In this document: positions 5,311 through 6,078 of the stretch, one piece after another
How positions within the stretch are numbered: position 1 is the stretch's first letter
Layout of the letters: every line of letters begins with the position of its first letter
Source of the DNA: a virus
Reading direction: 5' to 3' (one strand)
IMG/VR virus record: IMGVR_UViG_3300045988_001146
Span: 1-6,078 of that record
Length of the DNA: 6,078 bases
Program-made: the position numbers and the translations under genes
Notes under the pieces: model-generated
What the model saw: only the letters and a program-made list of their open reading frames with translations
Told to the model about the DNA's origin: nothing
The model's database searches: none

Positions 5311-6078
5311 TTAATAAGGTAAACCATTTCTATCCAAATTCTGAACAGCATATACTTGAAAATTAACATTACACAATAACTGATCAAATGCAACGGAACA
5401 ATTGGCAGCATCAATCTGGGGAACAAAAATAGAGTTCAGCTGTTGAGGACGAACTTTCATAGACTGATAAGACCAAGCACCGGCGGAAGTCAACACCTGC
5501 CAACCGTCAAGAGGAGCAGCCCAAGACTGATAGGCAGCACCAGCACGGAATCCGGCATGAACAGTATCAATATTAGATTTCCATTGCCAATAACGAAGGT
5601 TATAACCGAGAGAACCTGCAACGTTACGTCCGGGATTATTCTGAAGATTAAGAGCGGGAACAGCCTGCATGCCAAGTTGATCAAATGCAGGTTGCGGAAA
5701 ATCAGATACAGAAGTCACAGTCAGCTGGGGAGCCTGACCAGTCAATTCCCAATCCAACATAGGTACGGCATGATAGACACACATAATAACTTGATGTTCA
5801 GCACCACAATCATAAGTAAGAACATGACCAGAATTACTAGATACACCTTTGCCGGCAATAGAAGCCTGAGAAGAATCAGTATCAAGATTGGTATTAACCA
5901 CTTCGTTGATATTAATAACACTGGACCAACCTCCAATATAATGAGCATGATTACCCATATACTCGGGGGCTTTAATACCAAACTGGGCAGCCATCTGATC
6001 CGAATAATCCTTAGAACTAAATTGTACTACTTCTTTCCAGCGCTGGAGATATTCAGTGGCACGAAGTGAAAGGGCAGA
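5311..6078 (-). CDS. VP1: Major capsid protein VP1, C-terminal segment (unique part 5311-5979; 5980-6078 duplicates 1-99).
   Basis: The track ORF 5311..5994 starts at an internal Met. The frame stays open to the window edge and joins 1..1071 in frame. It contains FGIKAPEYMGNHAHYIGG, the conserved FG(V/I)...PE(Y)(L/I)GG block that follows LQRW.E, and ends ...NLDRNGLPY with a TAA stop at 5313-5311. Confidence 0.95.
   Translation of the reverse strand, partial: SALSLRATEYLQRWKEVVQFSSKDYSDQMAAQFGIKAPEYMGNHAHYIGGWSSVININEVVNTNLDTDSSQASIAGKGVSSNSGHVLTYDCGAEHQVIMCVYHAVPMLDWELTGQAPQLTVTSVSDFPQPAFDQLGMQAVPALNLQNNPGRNVAGSLGYNLRYWQWKSNIDTVHAGFRAGAAYQSWAAPLDGWQVLTSAGAWSYQSMKVRPQQLNSIFVPQIDAANCSVAFDQLLCNVNFQVYAVQNLDRNGLPY
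5901..5930 (+). other. phiX174-origin-like sequence on the strand antisense to the genes.
   Basis: Plus-strand 5906-5922, TTGATATTAATAACACT, is identical to 17 consecutive nt of the 30-nt phiX174 viral-strand origin as I recall it (CAACTTGATATTAATAACACTATAGACCAC). The flanks are partly similar (C..C.TTG upstream, GACCA.C downstream). Confidence 0.4.
5980..6078. repeat. Terminal redundancy, copy 2 (identical to 1-99).
   Basis: Exact 99/99 identity with the window start. Most likely the overlap left when a circular contig is written out as linear sequence. Confidence 0.97.

Noticed and set aside
5311-5994. Track ORF presented as a stand-alone 227-aa protein starting at Met 5994.
   Set aside because: The Met is internal. 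The frame is open upstream to the window edge and, through the terminal repeat, continues to the ATG at 1071. It is the C-terminal part of the 579-aa capsid protein.
5443-6069. Plus-strand ORF of 208 aa. The same applies to plus-strand ORFs 4904..5314, 4348..4614, 4563..4763, 4074..4283, 2856..3098, 2518..2745, 2245..2490 and 1152..1349.
   Set aside because: All lie antisense to well-supported genes. They have no recognisable motifs and odd compositions (Ile/Asn/Lys/Arg-rich), and none has promoter or start context. Long antisense frames are expected when the sense strand is T3-rich and poor in the reverse complements of stop codons.
1-6078. Looked for tRNA or rRNA genes, CRISPR arrays, integrase or transposase genes, IS-type inverted repeats and toxin-antitoxin or defence/anti-defence cassettes.
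   Set aside because: None is visible. Apart from the terminal redundancy, there are no spaced direct-repeat arrays and no cloverleaf-like segments. All coding capacity is accounted for by the seven minus-strand genes. No integrase is present, so any lysogeny would have to rely on host recombinases.

Overview
The window is a complete circular Microviridae (ssDNA phage) genome of 5,979 nt. It was linearised inside the major capsid gene and carries an exact 99-nt terminal redundancy (1-99 = 5980-6078). All supported genes are on the minus strand in one tightly packed array. In transcription order they are: a 65-aa hypothetical protein, a 27-aa one-TM peptide, a 102-aa M15-type zinc peptidase, the VP4 rolling-circle Rep (559 aa), the VP1 major capsid protein (579 aa, spanning the window junction), a VP3-like 147-aa acidic protein, and the VP2 pilot/minor capsid protein (371 aa). 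The large Rep, the capsid motifs, the absence of Shine-Dalgarno sequences and a textbook Bacteroides-type promoter (TTTG-N19-TAnnTTTG) suggest an Alpavirinae-like phage of a Bacteroidetes host; this assignment is tentative. The only non-coding region (3342-3743) holds that promoter plus a 61% GC hairpin-rich island in a roughly 40% GC genome. Three things deserve a second look. (1) There is a possible two-component lysis module, a mini-TM peptide translationally coupled to an M15 peptidase, in a family not expected to carry endolysin-type genes. (2) A 17-nt exact match to the phiX174 origin core, as I recall it, lies inside the capsid gene on the strand antisense to all genes. (3) The GC-rich structured island is a candidate complementary-strand origin, terminator or regulatory element. 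Every plus-strand ORF and the hydrophobic alternative-frame minus-strand ORFs in the track look like compositional artefacts.
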